Source: Chrysochromulina tobinii (taxonomy: Eukaryota). From it: DNA of 43,785 bases. The notes under the pieces were generated by a model. That model saw only the letters and a list, made by a program, of their open reading frames with translations. It was not told the DNA's origin and did no database searches. The translations under genes and the position numbers were made by a program. Of this stretch, positions 30,601-39,341 are shown in pieces (position 1 is the stretch's first letter; every line of letters begins with the position of its first letter). The DNA lies in assembly GCA_001275005.1 (NCBI GenBank), contig JWZX01002696.1, positions 1 through 43,785 on the forward strand, written 5' to 3'.

Positions 30601-31150
30601 GCGCTTCTACGGCACGAACACGACCTTCTATACCAAGTGCGAGCAGAATATCAACGACTGCTGGGCGCCTGTGGGCGGCGTCGAGTGGCTGCCCGCGATG
30701 ACATACCTCGTCGGTCCACGCTGGGCTGTCGGGCATTCACCTACCACGGTCAGGCTTTCTAAGGCGCTCTGTGACCCAGAGTCGCCGCTGCACCACCCGA
30801 TGCATTGCCGCACGTGCCAAGGCTGGGGCAACGAGGTGCTCTTCATCCAGCTGTGTGTGTTTGTCATCGTGGAGCATATCCTCCTCATCTTCAAGTTGAT
30901 CCTTGCCTACGCCATCCCCGACTCGCCGGAGTGGGTGCGCGATGCGATCGCGCGCAGAGATTTCGTTGAGGCTAGGCTGTCCAAACGTGCGGTGGCGAAA
31001 GAGCTCCTTGACCCGGGGATTATCGCAATCCACCGTGAGGAGCTGAAGAAGGTGGAGATCGCCAAGATCAAGCTGCTCCTGAATGTACCCACCCCCATCG
31101 GTGGACCTGCAGGTGGACCGCAAGCAGGTGCATCTGTGGACCTGATCTGA
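27677..31150 (+). CDS. Anoctamin/TMEM16 family channel or scramblase (1157 aa)
   Basis: FSSLERQRLIYGIL; QPLHKVRDYFGEKTAFYFAW; WKRK; ENYRTDTEYEDHLILK..FINSY; QFGYV; IELRLDA; DIGTW; VEHILL; IPDSPEWV. Confidence 0.93.
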   Translation: MLTGARLRGAARRASVQARAADLAQPNPVREKELEAKDKENAMQGIVADLVLIYPIETAEEMKTEGARKEFDKRQERRADLIYSLEKARLMVQKNPSRDGKFMYIKVWATLELLIEKASQEKVEMLVRPEAIPVTVTATSDSGHKIQRLIPKCFMIGEVAKRNYRDFDPDAIDDYERKNGRLFSSLERQRLIYGILEGTEESGGAQQDLDELYSTKALSEYLWPHTSEKDELWDRWGGMDEWGPIKGKGRTFVPDCLRILFWALLLLFYILSTSMPSRRFDLACSITLGVLLSFAGTMGMFNQPLHKVRDYFGEKTAFYFAWMEHYETYLIYLSILSLFAISADASESPPVKEATTPEEIAAESRQLMSAYSKLIYCLVVATWTTVYMESWKRKNATLAYIWDVSDFEEKEDPRPEFIRNFNSGIWRASKKEEEGKSCWENMCKDMHMKEGPGFFTNDGRFVEVEAKSSSATEKQIYFPQKHRFTIITFFAMPQLLLFTSAMIVGAASIMVFKFLVNTTDLFLNDEFWGKGFGQQIPMLLSVIWMSIMNWVYTALATWLNGLENYRTDTEYEDHLILKVMLFTFINSYITLFYIGFAKAIGYPLNLGKYGEYEDMCGFFPGNGPPAPWDGAAQGVCGVKQGCFRYAQVKPLCPTQATDCCDYDAPTVEKSGCDFIFIERDCTSDLRLMMVSYTLLKQVYEGLLQVAIPMVLTWMNKITLHKKIKQMEIEKEKERSKREGEAFSTAEEGPPPPPSSKDEELPLPPPPQPASEKVELAVPSPPPSPPEQEMTIAVKVLSDKGSSWLRKGSMARDEMSPDEAREAFHKAIELEVTHERFEGTLDEYLTKVTQFGYVSMWSPAFLIASISGAVGNFIELRLDAIKVLQSRRRKYEGAADIGTWRDVIVLMSWIALPVNALLLVFTSWTFRKYVIAPGIATGPCKEAKPFGFSVADSAFLLQPSGGGSLPAYQAMLSPRARFYGTNTTFYTKCEQNINDCWAPVGGVEWLPAMTYLVGPRWAVGHSPTTVRLSKALCDPESPLHHPMHCRTCQGWGNEVLFIQLCVFVIVEHILLIFKLILAYAIPDSPEWVRDAIARRDFVEARLSKRAVAKELLDPGIIAIHREELKKVEIAKIKLLLNVPTPIGGPAGGPQAGASVDLI

Positions 31151-31702
31151 AACCTCTCGGGCTTGTGCACGGCTGCCTGCATCAGACTGGATCTGAACAA
31201 GTCGACCGGAAGGTCGAGGATCGTCCGCCGCCTGACTCTCGTACACATCCGCAGCGCATGCGTAGGGGACGACCTGGTTACAGATCATACCATACCATGC
31301 TGCGCTCTCATGAATTGTGCGCGCTGACACAGCCATGCGTCAAGACTGAAGATAGACGCAGAGAGCCCGAACTATGCCCCGGCTTGTGCGGGGGATGGGG
31401 CGGGGCAAATTCCGAGCGCTAACTGGGCCGAATCCGCGTGTATTAATGGCTGGAAATCGCCTCCGAAATTACATGGGCGAAGGTTGCGTCGAGTCCGCAT
31501 CGTGATTAAAAGTGTGCATGCGAGACATCGCTCAAATGTATCGGGCGTCGGCCCCGAAACGAAACGAGCCAACGCAACCTGTGCAACCAATAGCTACCAA
31601 GAACCAAAGCACGCGAACCAAATACTACCGTAGTAGCATCGGATGCCAATCAGCAATCATATCCCTTGGTCGTGAAACCGCGTCACTCTCACAGTCTGTT
31701 TT

Positions 31703-33193
31703 CTATGGTCCCTGATGTCCCGTACCTGCGGGCACGGCGCCGAGCAGGGTGTGCCACCTCGCCATGAACTGCCGAAAGTCGCCCACAGCCTCGGGGACGA
31801 GCAACGTGCGCCAGAGCTCGTCCGCAACGGCCTGATCATCGACAGGCGGCGTGCCCGCCAGATTAGGATCAACGGGGCACGTGGTGAAAAAGGAGGGAAT
31901 CGCAAAACGCGTGCCAGAGGCGAGTGGCTCGACCTCGTGCATGTTCTCCCATCCGGCGGAGAAGATGATGGCGGCACCGCGGCTGGGCGAGAGTGGCGTG
32001 ATCACGCGCTCGCTACCCTGGCCGGGCGCGGGCGGATCGTTCCATGAGAACGTGCCCCCCTCAAAGTCTTGACCCTGCGTGCTCAGATAGAGCACAGCAG
32101 AATAGTGGAACTCGGGGTGTGTCGACTCATCGGAGTGGAGGCCGCCCTGCCTGTCTTGGGCGCCAATGAAGCACGAGACGAATGTTTGCATGGGTAAGAC
32201 CGATGAGAGTGGCAGCCCATACTCGTGCGCGATCGCGCGGCGCATGCGCTCGACGAAGCGCACGAAGAGGAGCGTCGTGCGCATGTCGCGAAATGCGCAC
32301 TTTTGGAGCGAGAACTGATGCAGCGGAGGCACGATCGCATGCTGGAGCTCCTGCAGGAAGGCCTCCGTCTCAGTGGCGGTCGCAAAAAGTGGGAACGCGA
32401 CGCGCGAGCATGCCGCACAGCACTCGCCCCCCTCACAGACGCGCCCCTCGCGAAGGGTGAGCTGCACCAGCTCCTCGTCGATCAGGTTCGTGCCTGTGCC
32501 CTCCATCGCAGGCTGCATGCACGTCACATTGCTGATGAGCTTCTCGCGATTGATGAGCTGCTGCAAATCGGCCTCAAATACAAGACGCAGTAGCTGCGGC
32601 ACTGCGGCCGGCAGATGCGACGCCTGCGTCCCCGCGGCGGCTTCGCACATCTGCACCGCCGCCCAGAAGGCGTCATGAGATAAGGCGTCATCCATCTCCA
32701 CGCCGGCCTCGACCATGGCGCTCAGGAGGGCGGCATCGCCCTTCTGCGCCGCCCTTGAGAAAGGACGCATGCCCGCGTTAGAAACAGCATCTGCACGTGC
32801 GCCGCCCGAGAGGAGTCGCTGCACGCATTGAAGATGCCCGCGGCCGACCGCGGCGTGCAACGGAGTGTTTCCATCTTCGTTCGCTGCATTTGGCTCTGCA
32901 CCATGCTCGAGCAAAAGTGACACGACGTCGCCATGTCCATTGACCGCAGCAAGATGAAGCGGCGTGCTCTTCCATTCGTTGCGAGCATTGACTTCGACCC
33001 CGGCTGCAAGGAGCAGCTCGACGGCGATTGCGTTGCCAGCCGCTGCCTCATCATGCAACACCGTATCGGTAGCCACGGCGGCATTGGCTACGGCACTGCT
33101 CCGCAGAAGTATTCGTTGTCGCGGACGTGTTCGTTGAGTCAACGATACCGACGAGCTGGTGCTCGAGACGAGCAGCAACAGCAGCACGCGCAT
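31703..33193 (-). CDS. Ankyrin repeats + 2OG-Fe(II) oxygenase (OGFOD3/prolyl-hydroxylase-like), with a signal/transit-like leader
   Basis: Ankyrins STPLHLAAVNGH, GNTPLHAAVGRGH; HxD (LHSDES), YSAVLYLS..DFEGG, ENMHEV..GTRF; leader MRVLLLLLVSSTSSSVSL followed by an Arg-rich segment. Confidence 0.85.
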   Translation of the reverse strand: MRVLLLLLVSSTSSSVSLTQRTRPRQRILLRSSAVANAAVATDTVLHDEAAAGNAIAVELLLAAGVEVNARNEWKSTPLHLAAVNGHGDVVSLLLEHGAEPNAANEDGNTPLHAAVGRGHLQCVQRLLSGGARADAVSNAGMRPFSRAAQKGDAALLSAMVEAGVEMDDALSHDAFWAAVQMCEAAAGTQASHLPAAVPQLLRLVFEADLQQLINREKLISNVTCMQPAMEGTGTNLIDEELVQLTLREGRVCEGGECCAACSRVAFPLFATATETEAFLQELQHAIVPPLHQFSLQKCAFRDMRTTLLFVRFVERMRRAIAHEYGLPLSSVLPMQTFVSCFIGAQDRQGGLHSDESTHPEFHYSAVLYLSTQGQDFEGGTFSWNDPPAPGQGSERVITPLSPSRGAAIIFSAGWENMHEVEPLASGTRFAIPSFFTTCPVDPNLAGTPPVDDQAVADELWRTLLVPEAVGDFRQFMARWHTLLGAVPAGTGHQGP

Positions 33194-33362
33194 GGAGGGA
33201 GAACACACTCGCGAGGTGGCGCGAGGTCGAGGTCGCGAATAAGAAACCCAGTCTGTGAACAGTTTCGTTCATGACATACGATTGATTAACTACTAGTTCA
33301 AAAACACCGTAACTACCGGTCCGGAAGAAAAAGGGCAGGCATACCAAAAAGGGATGGGGTTG

Positions 33363-35309
33363 TCAATCGTCGAGATTCCAATCGCGGGTCTGCTTCCCTT
33401 CTTGCTTCGACCCTTGATGGATTCGAGGCCATGTGGGCTCCATGGTGGACGTGCTGGTGGGCTCTTTAGGTGCATCGCCAAGGAAGTCGTCGTCGCCCAT
33501 CGCGGCTGCCTGCATTAGAGCCGCCTTCCCAATGAGGCGAGGCACCTTGCTCAGCCGAGTGCGCATGGCTTCCATCTCGTGGGCCTGTCTCTCTTCCCGC
33601 TGCCCGGCGGCCCAGGGCTCCTCCTCATTTAAACCAGCTTGGATCATCTTCACATTCGGCAGTGAAGTGAGTGAAGAGGGAGCGACGTGGTAAGGTGCCA
33701 CGTGGGGGGCGCTAGAAGAGCCAGTTGGCAGCACCGTGGGGATAGCGGATGACGGGAGCATCGAGCATGGCGCGCACCAGGGCGTGCACACGGGTGCGCA
33801 CAATGGTCGAACAAGTGACTGATGTGAGAGAGCTGGGGTCCATGGTAGAACCTCGATTGGCTTCATTTGTACCACCTCAGCTGGCCCAGGTGGTGCCACC
33901 ATTGGCCCAACCGTTGGGCAGGGTACCCGGCAAGGCGTTCTACCGGCGGTGTGTCGCATGCTCTGCAGTACACTTTCCATCTCCTCGGCGAGGATGACCT
34001 TGAGGCGCGCACTGCTCTCTTTGATGCTCTCCGCGGCCGTCGACTCGGCCGCGGGGCGTCCGACGTGACGCCCGACGGAATGTTCGGCAGAGAGCTCGAG
34101 CGTCCACGTAGCAGCAAAAGGGGGTCGACCGAGGTCAGGTCCGCCAGGTCGACCGTACTCGAGGCGCTGCGTCTCAGGGGGGTCGTGCTCGGAGGGGTCG
34201 TGCTCGGAGGGGTCGTCGTTCTCGTCGAGGATACTCCGGCGCTCGTCACGACGTTCGTCATGGCTGCTGCTTCTGCTGCTACTGCTTCGAGCTGCACCGC
34301 CGACTGCTCGGAGGCGGGCATGCAGAGCGCTGCATTGCGCGCCGCATGCTTCTCGACATCCTTCGCTCAGGCTTGTACCCTCTTTAGGCCACACGACGAC
34401 CGCAAATAAGACCGTCGCTGCGAGACAGACGGCGAGGGCGGCATGGAGCATCATGCTGTGAGTCATGCTGCTGTCGGCTCGCGATACTGGCGCCGCGGGT
34501 GGGTGTGGCGGCGAGGGCGGCAAAGGTGGCGAGGGCGGTGGAGGCGCGTGCGGTGGTGGCGAGGGGCTCAGCGAGGGAGGTGGGTGTGCGGGAGATGGTG
34601 AGGGCGCGGACGGTGGCGGCCGTGGAGGCGGTGGCGACGGATCTGGTGGCGCGGGAGGTGGCGGGGAGGGTGAGGGAGGCATCGGTGATGGTGGAGGCGA
34701 CGGCAAAGGCGGTGACGGCGGCAGCAGCGGCGGTGGAACGGGTGGTGGTGGTGATGGCGGCGGCGGAAGCGGAGGCGGCGGTGGCAGCGGAGGAGGCGGA
34801 TGTATTGGAGGAGACAATGGCGGCGATGGTGAAGGTGGAGGTAATCTAGGCGGTGGCGTCGGAGGCGGCGGATGTGGAGGCGGCGGATGTGGAGGCGGCG
34901 GATGTGGCGGAGGAGGAAGCCGCGGCGGAGGTAAAGACGGAGGCGGCGGTGTTGGAGGCGGCGGAATTGGAGGCGGCGGAGATGGTGGAGGAGGAGGCTG
35001 CGGTGGAGGTGAAGATGGTGGAGATGGTGGAGGTGGGGATGGTGGTGGTCCAAAGAAGGTGGCGAAGCCGACGGCGCCGACGCGATGCTGCGAAGGTCGA
35101 GTGCCAGTTGGGCACTCCCGAAATGAGCAAGAGCGCCGGCTGAAGTCGTACACAAAGGCAGAACAAGTCGACAGCATTAAGCATGTCCGCGCACAGTCAG
35201 GCGGTGCGGCATCCTCCTGCTGACCAACAGCCGCGCACTGATCGTCACTCCAAACTTTTGCGTACGCTGCAAAGCCTGGCGGAGGGGTGAGGAATATGAG
35301 GGATGCCAT
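33363..35309 (-). CDS. PAN/Apple-like domain + extensin-like proline-rich stalk + single TM protein (start uncertain, 35309 or 35411)
   Basis: CARTCLMLSTCSAFVYD..SCSF; about 190 aa of PPPSPPP-type repeats; TM ALAVCLAATVLFAVVVW; DPSEH repeats. Confidence 0.7.
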   Translation of the reverse strand: MASLIFLTPPPGFAAYAKVWSDDQCAAVGQQEDAAPPDCARTCLMLSTCSAFVYDFSRRSCSFRECPTGTRPSQHRVGAVGFATFFGPPPSPPPPSPPSSPPPQPPPPPSPPPPIPPPPTPPPPSLPPPRLPPPPHPPPPHPPPPHPPPPTPPPRLPPPSPSPPLSPPIHPPPPLPPPPPLPPPPSPPPPVPPPLLPPSPPLPSPPPSPMPPSPSPPPPAPPDPSPPPPRPPPSAPSPSPAHPPPSLSPSPPPHAPPPPSPPLPPSPPHPPAAPVSRADSSMTHSMMLHAALAVCLAATVLFAVVVWPKEGTSLSEGCREACGAQCSALHARLRAVGGAARSSSSRSSSHDERRDERRSILDENDDPSEHDPSEHDPPETQRLEYGRPGGPDLGRPPFAATWTLELSAEHSVGRHVGRPAAESTAAESIKESSARLKVILAEEMESVLQSMRHTAGRTPCRVPCPTVGPMVAPPGPAEVVQMKPIEVLPWTPALSHQSLVRPLCAPVCTPWCAPCSMLPSSAIPTVLPTGSSSAPHVAPYHVAPSSLTSLPNVKMIQAGLNEEEPWAAGQREERQAHEMEAMRTRLSKVPRLIGKAALMQAAAMGDDDFLGDAPKEPTSTSTMEPTWPRIHQGSKQEGKQTRDWNLDD

Positions 35310-35474
35310 TTTGCGTTGCCCTGTTGTGCGGCGTAAGAGTTCAGCTTCGTTCTGTTTTGCATGCAAACCCCCCACCCAAGCGCATGCCAGCCTGACAGCC
35401 GTCAGGAACATGTAGCCGTAGAAGTTAAGGGCACGGTACGCCCGGCATGGCGCCTTTCACACGTGAGCCAGATA

Positions 35475-36455
35475 ATGCGGTGGTGCCTCGTGCTGGTGCT
35501 CTTCCTCACTCTATCCAGCGTCGCGGTCGCAGCAAAAGCGGCGAAAATCATCGCCAAGAAGGGTCCAGGAGGCTTCAGTGCCAATGGTTTTGGAAAGAAG
35601 ACGGCGACTCTCTCGCCGACCGTAAAGCTGAATACCGGAGCAGATATTCCCATGCTAGGATTCGGAACGTATCGCACCGGCGGGCCTGAGCTCCAGGTTG
35701 CTTTGCGACACGCAATTGCAGCCGGCTACCGGCACCTTGACACGGCCAGCTGTTACAATAACGAGGCAATCGTGGGCGCAGCGCTGAAAGAGTCGGGTCT
35801 CCCGCGCGAAAGCTTCTTCATCACCACGAAGCTTTGGTGCACAGATCACGGCACTGAACGGACGCGAAAGGCCATCAAAGCATCACTTGAGAATCTGGGC
35901 ACGGGCTACATCGACCTCTATCTCATCCATGCTCCGTGGCAGCTCGACATCGCCAAATCGCCCGAGGAGGTCAGCATGCTACGCAGGGAGAGCTGGAGAG
36001 TCATGGAGGAGTTTCATCGGGATGGCGTGTTGCGAGCCCTCGGCGTCTCTAATTTCGAGCCGCGGCACATCGACGACATTCTGGCGTGCGCGGGCGTCAA
36101 GCCGGCCGTCAACCAGGTGGAGCGCCACGCGTACCTGGCGCAGACAGAGCTGCGAGAGTACTGCGCCCGCCATGAGATCCTTCTCGAAGCCTATGGCTCG
36201 GCTGGCGCCAAGGGGTTGCTTGAGGACCCCGTCGTACGTGCGATCGCGGCCGCGCACGGCCGCACGGCGGCGCAGGTCTCACTCAAGTACTCCGTCCAAC
36301 GCGGCATCGTCGTGCTGGCGAAATCGGTCACCGAGAAGCGCATCGCTCAGAATGCCAAGCTGTTCGACTTCGAGCTCTCCGAAGAGGATCTCGCGAAGCT
36401 CGAAGCGCTGGACTGTGGGCAGCGCAGCTACTGGGATAACAGCAACGCGCCGTGA
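35475..36455 (+). CDS. Aldo/keto reductase with an N-terminal signal-like leader
   Basis: IPMLGFGTY; GYRHLDTASCYNNE; FITTKLW; YIDLYLIHAP; LGVSNF; NQVERH; AQVSLK; KSVTEKRIAQN; leader MRWCLVLVLFLTLSSVAVA. Confidence 0.93.
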   Translation: MRWCLVLVLFLTLSSVAVAAKAAKIIAKKGPGGFSANGFGKKTATLSPTVKLNTGADIPMLGFGTYRTGGPELQVALRHAIAAGYRHLDTASCYNNEAIVGAALKESGLPRESFFITTKLWCTDHGTERTRKAIKASLENLGTGYIDLYLIHAPWQLDIAKSPEEVSMLRRESWRVMEEFHRDGVLRALGVSNFEPRHIDDILACAGVKPAVNQVERHAYLAQTELREYCARHEILLEAYGSAGAKGLLEDPVVRAIAAAHGRTAAQVSLKYSVQRGIVVLAKSVTEKRIAQNAKLFDFELSEEDLAKLEALDCGQRSYWDNSNAP

Positions 36456-36878
36456 GTGCCGTGACACGTGCCGACGAGCGACGTACTTTGTATCGAATCG
36501 AATGTGTGCTCCGCCACGTATAATACGATTCGTATAGTCGATAGCGATTAGCGAAAAGGCGACATAGTACGCACTTCAGACGGTCCGAAGACGGGCGACA
36601 AGAAACGGCGCGGCAAAGCTTGTTTGATGACGTGAATCTCAAAAGAAAATTCGCTTTCCTTGCATTGAATATTACCCCAATACCCGTGGTGGTACAGTAC
36701 CCGGTTTCAAAGACACCGCGGGGAGCCGGGACACAGTCACACGGGACACACACGGGACAGAAGGGCGCACAGAGGACTGTACGACATCCCCCCGGTGTCT
36801 TTTTAGTGTCATGAACACTTGTTTCGTTGGGTGTATTGAACTTTTTGAACTTGCGCGCGCGGTGTGTGCGGGCTTATC

Positions 36879-39104
36879 ATGAAGGAGCCTCCACCCTCGG
36901 AGCTGGAGCAACCGCCGGCCAATGCCGCGGAGTTTCAGGAGTCGTTCGAGGAGGTCAAGGAGCTTGGCCGCGGGCGGTTTGGGACGGCCTTTCTAGTCAA
37001 GCACCGGGTGACGAGTTGCAGGTATTGCCTAAAGCGTACCCAGTTTGGTACGGCCAAAGGTCAGATGACCGAGGAAAAGGTCGCCATGGAGAGCTCGGCG
37101 CTGGAGCGGTTACACCATCCGAACATCATTCGCTGGTTTGCCATGTTCACAGAGACGCGCGATGACGGACCGACGATGATGTGCATCTTGATGGAGTACG
37201 CCAACGGTGGCGATCTGGCGGCGTTGCTGGCACGGCGTTGGTGGGATGCGACGCGCAACGGGCAGCACCAACTGTCGGAGACGCAGCTGATGGATTGGTT
37301 TGTGCAGCTCGTCGCGGGTTTAGCCTACGCGCACTCGAAGCGCGTACTCCACCGCGACCTGAAGCCGGAGAATGTCTTCGTCACGCTCGATGGCAGCTGC
37401 AAGATTGGCGATTTTGGCATCAGCCGCGTGCTCGAGACGTCGGGAGATCTCGCGCAGACGGCGGTGGGCTCGCCCGTGTACCTCTCGCCTGAGATTGTCA
37501 AGGGAGCACAGTACGACTACCGCTCGGATGTGTGGTCGCTTGGCGTCACCCTCTACAAGATGGCCACCAACAGTTTCCCGTTTGAGGCCTCGAATCTGGC
37601 GCAGCTCGCACTCAAGATTGCGGCGGGATCGTATCCCCCGCTGCCACCGGGCTACTCGCCCAATCTGCACCATCTGGTCGCGGTGATGCTCCAGATCGAC
37701 CCGGAACGTCGCGCCGACATGGGCGGCGTGAGCGACCATCCCTTTGTACGAGAGAATGTGGCTAGGCGCGCCACCAGCGCCGCCTCCACCTTGGCTACTA
37801 GTGGTTCGCAGCTTGACCGCCCTGCCAAGAGAGACCGCGGAGACTTTTTGGAGGTATTGGCGGTTGTGGAGTCGAAAGATGTGGCCAAGGCCGCGCCCAC
37901 CGCTGCATCCTCCGCGCCCGGCACAGCGCCCATCGCCAGCAACGGCGCAGCCGCTGCCGCCACTCGCGCGCCCTCGCCGACGATCCCCCGCTCCGGATCG
38001 GCGAGCCGCATCCCCGCTCCACCTCGGCGCAAGAGCACCACGCCGCGTCCACCCGACGACAATGGCGAGCCGAAAGGCGACGGCGGCAAGCACGCCGTGA
38101 CGGGCGCCTCAACGGGCGGTGGGCTTGAGCCTTCGCCTCCGCCGCTGCGGCCGCCGCCACTCGCCCCCTCAGCCGCCGAGGCCGCTGCCACGGCCACGGG
38201 CGCCACACGGCCCTCGCCGCGTCGCGCCGCGCTGAAACCGCTGCGCCCTCCGCCGGTAAGCGCACCGTTGGCTGCCACATCGCCCGGCGCGGCGACGGAC
38301 CATGGCAGTGAAGGCAGTGCCAGCAGCAGTCACACGCCGCCCTCGGTCCCCGCTCTCACTGGCGCAGGGCCCGTCACGGCGCCCGCGAGCAAGAGTCGCG
38401 CCCAGAGCAATTGGGTCGCAGCTCGCAATGTTCTAGATCTGCCCAAAGGCTCTCAGTCCGCACGCCCCAAACTGCAGACGCCGGGCTCCAGATTCGCGCA
38501 TGTCGCGCAGGCCGCGGCCGAGGCGGCGAAGAAAGAGAAGGCGCGGCCGCAAACGGCGCGCGGCGCGCGTGAGACAGCGCGCCTGTCCGCGGGGCAGCCG
38601 TCCGGCTCGGCCAAGCGGCCTGCTGTCAGTACGAGTGGCGCCAAGACGGCACCTAAGCCGGCCAAGACGGCGCCTCCCAAGACGGCGCCGGCCGCCACGC
38701 CATTACCAACGGCGCTTCAGTCGCTTCCTCGTAGCGGCATGAGCCCCACCGCCGTTGCCCCCGCTGCCAAAGCCGCCGCCTTCACCGCCGATTCGGAGTT
38801 GCAGCGCACCTGGCCTCCTCCGCCGCCGCCCGAGGCGCCGGCGGCGGGCGCCGTCGCGGGCGCGGATGCGTCCGTTCATCTGCCGTGGCTTGGGCTGGGT
38901 GCGGGCGGGCTTGCCGTGCCATCGTGGTTGAACTCGAATCGCTCTTTGGACAACGCGAGCGTCAGCACGGACGGGGCGGGCTCAGGGGCGGGCTCGACTG
39001 CGTCGCCCGGGACATGCTCGGTCGTTTCGCCTGGCTCGGTGCCGCCGCTCGCATCGCTCACATTGGGCACGCTGTTTGAAAAAGGGTATATTCGCAGGAG
39101 CTGA
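36879..39104 (+). CDS. NIMA-related (NEK) Ser/Thr kinase with a long Pro/Ala-rich tail
   Basis: LGRGRFG; LHHPNII; MEYANGGDL; DWFVQL; HRDLKPEN; KIGDFGISRVL; TAVGSPVYLSPE; SDVWSLG. Confidence 0.9.
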   Translation: MKEPPPSELEQPPANAAEFQESFEEVKELGRGRFGTAFLVKHRVTSCRYCLKRTQFGTAKGQMTEEKVAMESSALERLHHPNIIRWFAMFTETRDDGPTMMCILMEYANGGDLAALLARRWWDATRNGQHQLSETQLMDWFVQLVAGLAYAHSKRVLHRDLKPENVFVTLDGSCKIGDFGISRVLETSGDLAQTAVGSPVYLSPEIVKGAQYDYRSDVWSLGVTLYKMATNSFPFEASNLAQLALKIAAGSYPPLPPGYSPNLHHLVAVMLQIDPERRADMGGVSDHPFVRENVARRATSAASTLATSGSQLDRPAKRDRGDFLEVLAVVESKDVAKAAPTAASSAPGTAPIASNGAAAAATRAPSPTIPRSGSASRIPAPPRRKSTTPRPPDDNGEPKGDGGKHAVTGASTGGGLEPSPPPLRPPPLAPSAAEAAATATGATRPSPRRAALKPLRPPPVSAPLAATSPGAATDHGSEGSASSSHTPPSVPALTGAGPVTAPASKSRAQSNWVAARNVLDLPKGSQSARPKLQTPGSRFAHVAQAAAEAAKKEKARPQTARGARETARLSAGQPSGSAKRPAVSTSGAKTAPKPAKTAPPKTAPAATPLPTALQSLPRSGMSPTAVAPAAKAAAFTADSELQRTWPPPPPPEAPAAGAVAGADASVHLPWLGLGAGGLAVPSWLNSNRSLDNASVSTDGAGSGAGSTASPGTCSVVSPGSVPPLASLTLGTLFEKGYIRRS

Positions 39105-39341
39105 TGGGCTTGGCGGCGGCGGCAGTGTCGCTCCGCTATCGGCGCCCGTGAGCCGTGTTACCTGTTTGAACGGTTTTGAAGACACAGTTCGCGACCTGTG
39201 TAGAGCTGTGCAGTGGAGCGCACTTGAGGACCTAGAGCACAGTGCAGCGAGACAGTTCTTGAGGTTCACGAGATCACGAGTGTCGGCTTCACAACTCTTT
39301 GAGAGGTCCTTGTCCAACAAGTTCTCCAACCGCCGTGAACA

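Noticed and set aside
34465..35223. Gly-rich + strand ORF (252 aa)
   Set aside because: Antisense shadow of the Pro-rich repeat; the minus frame carries the PAN and TM domains
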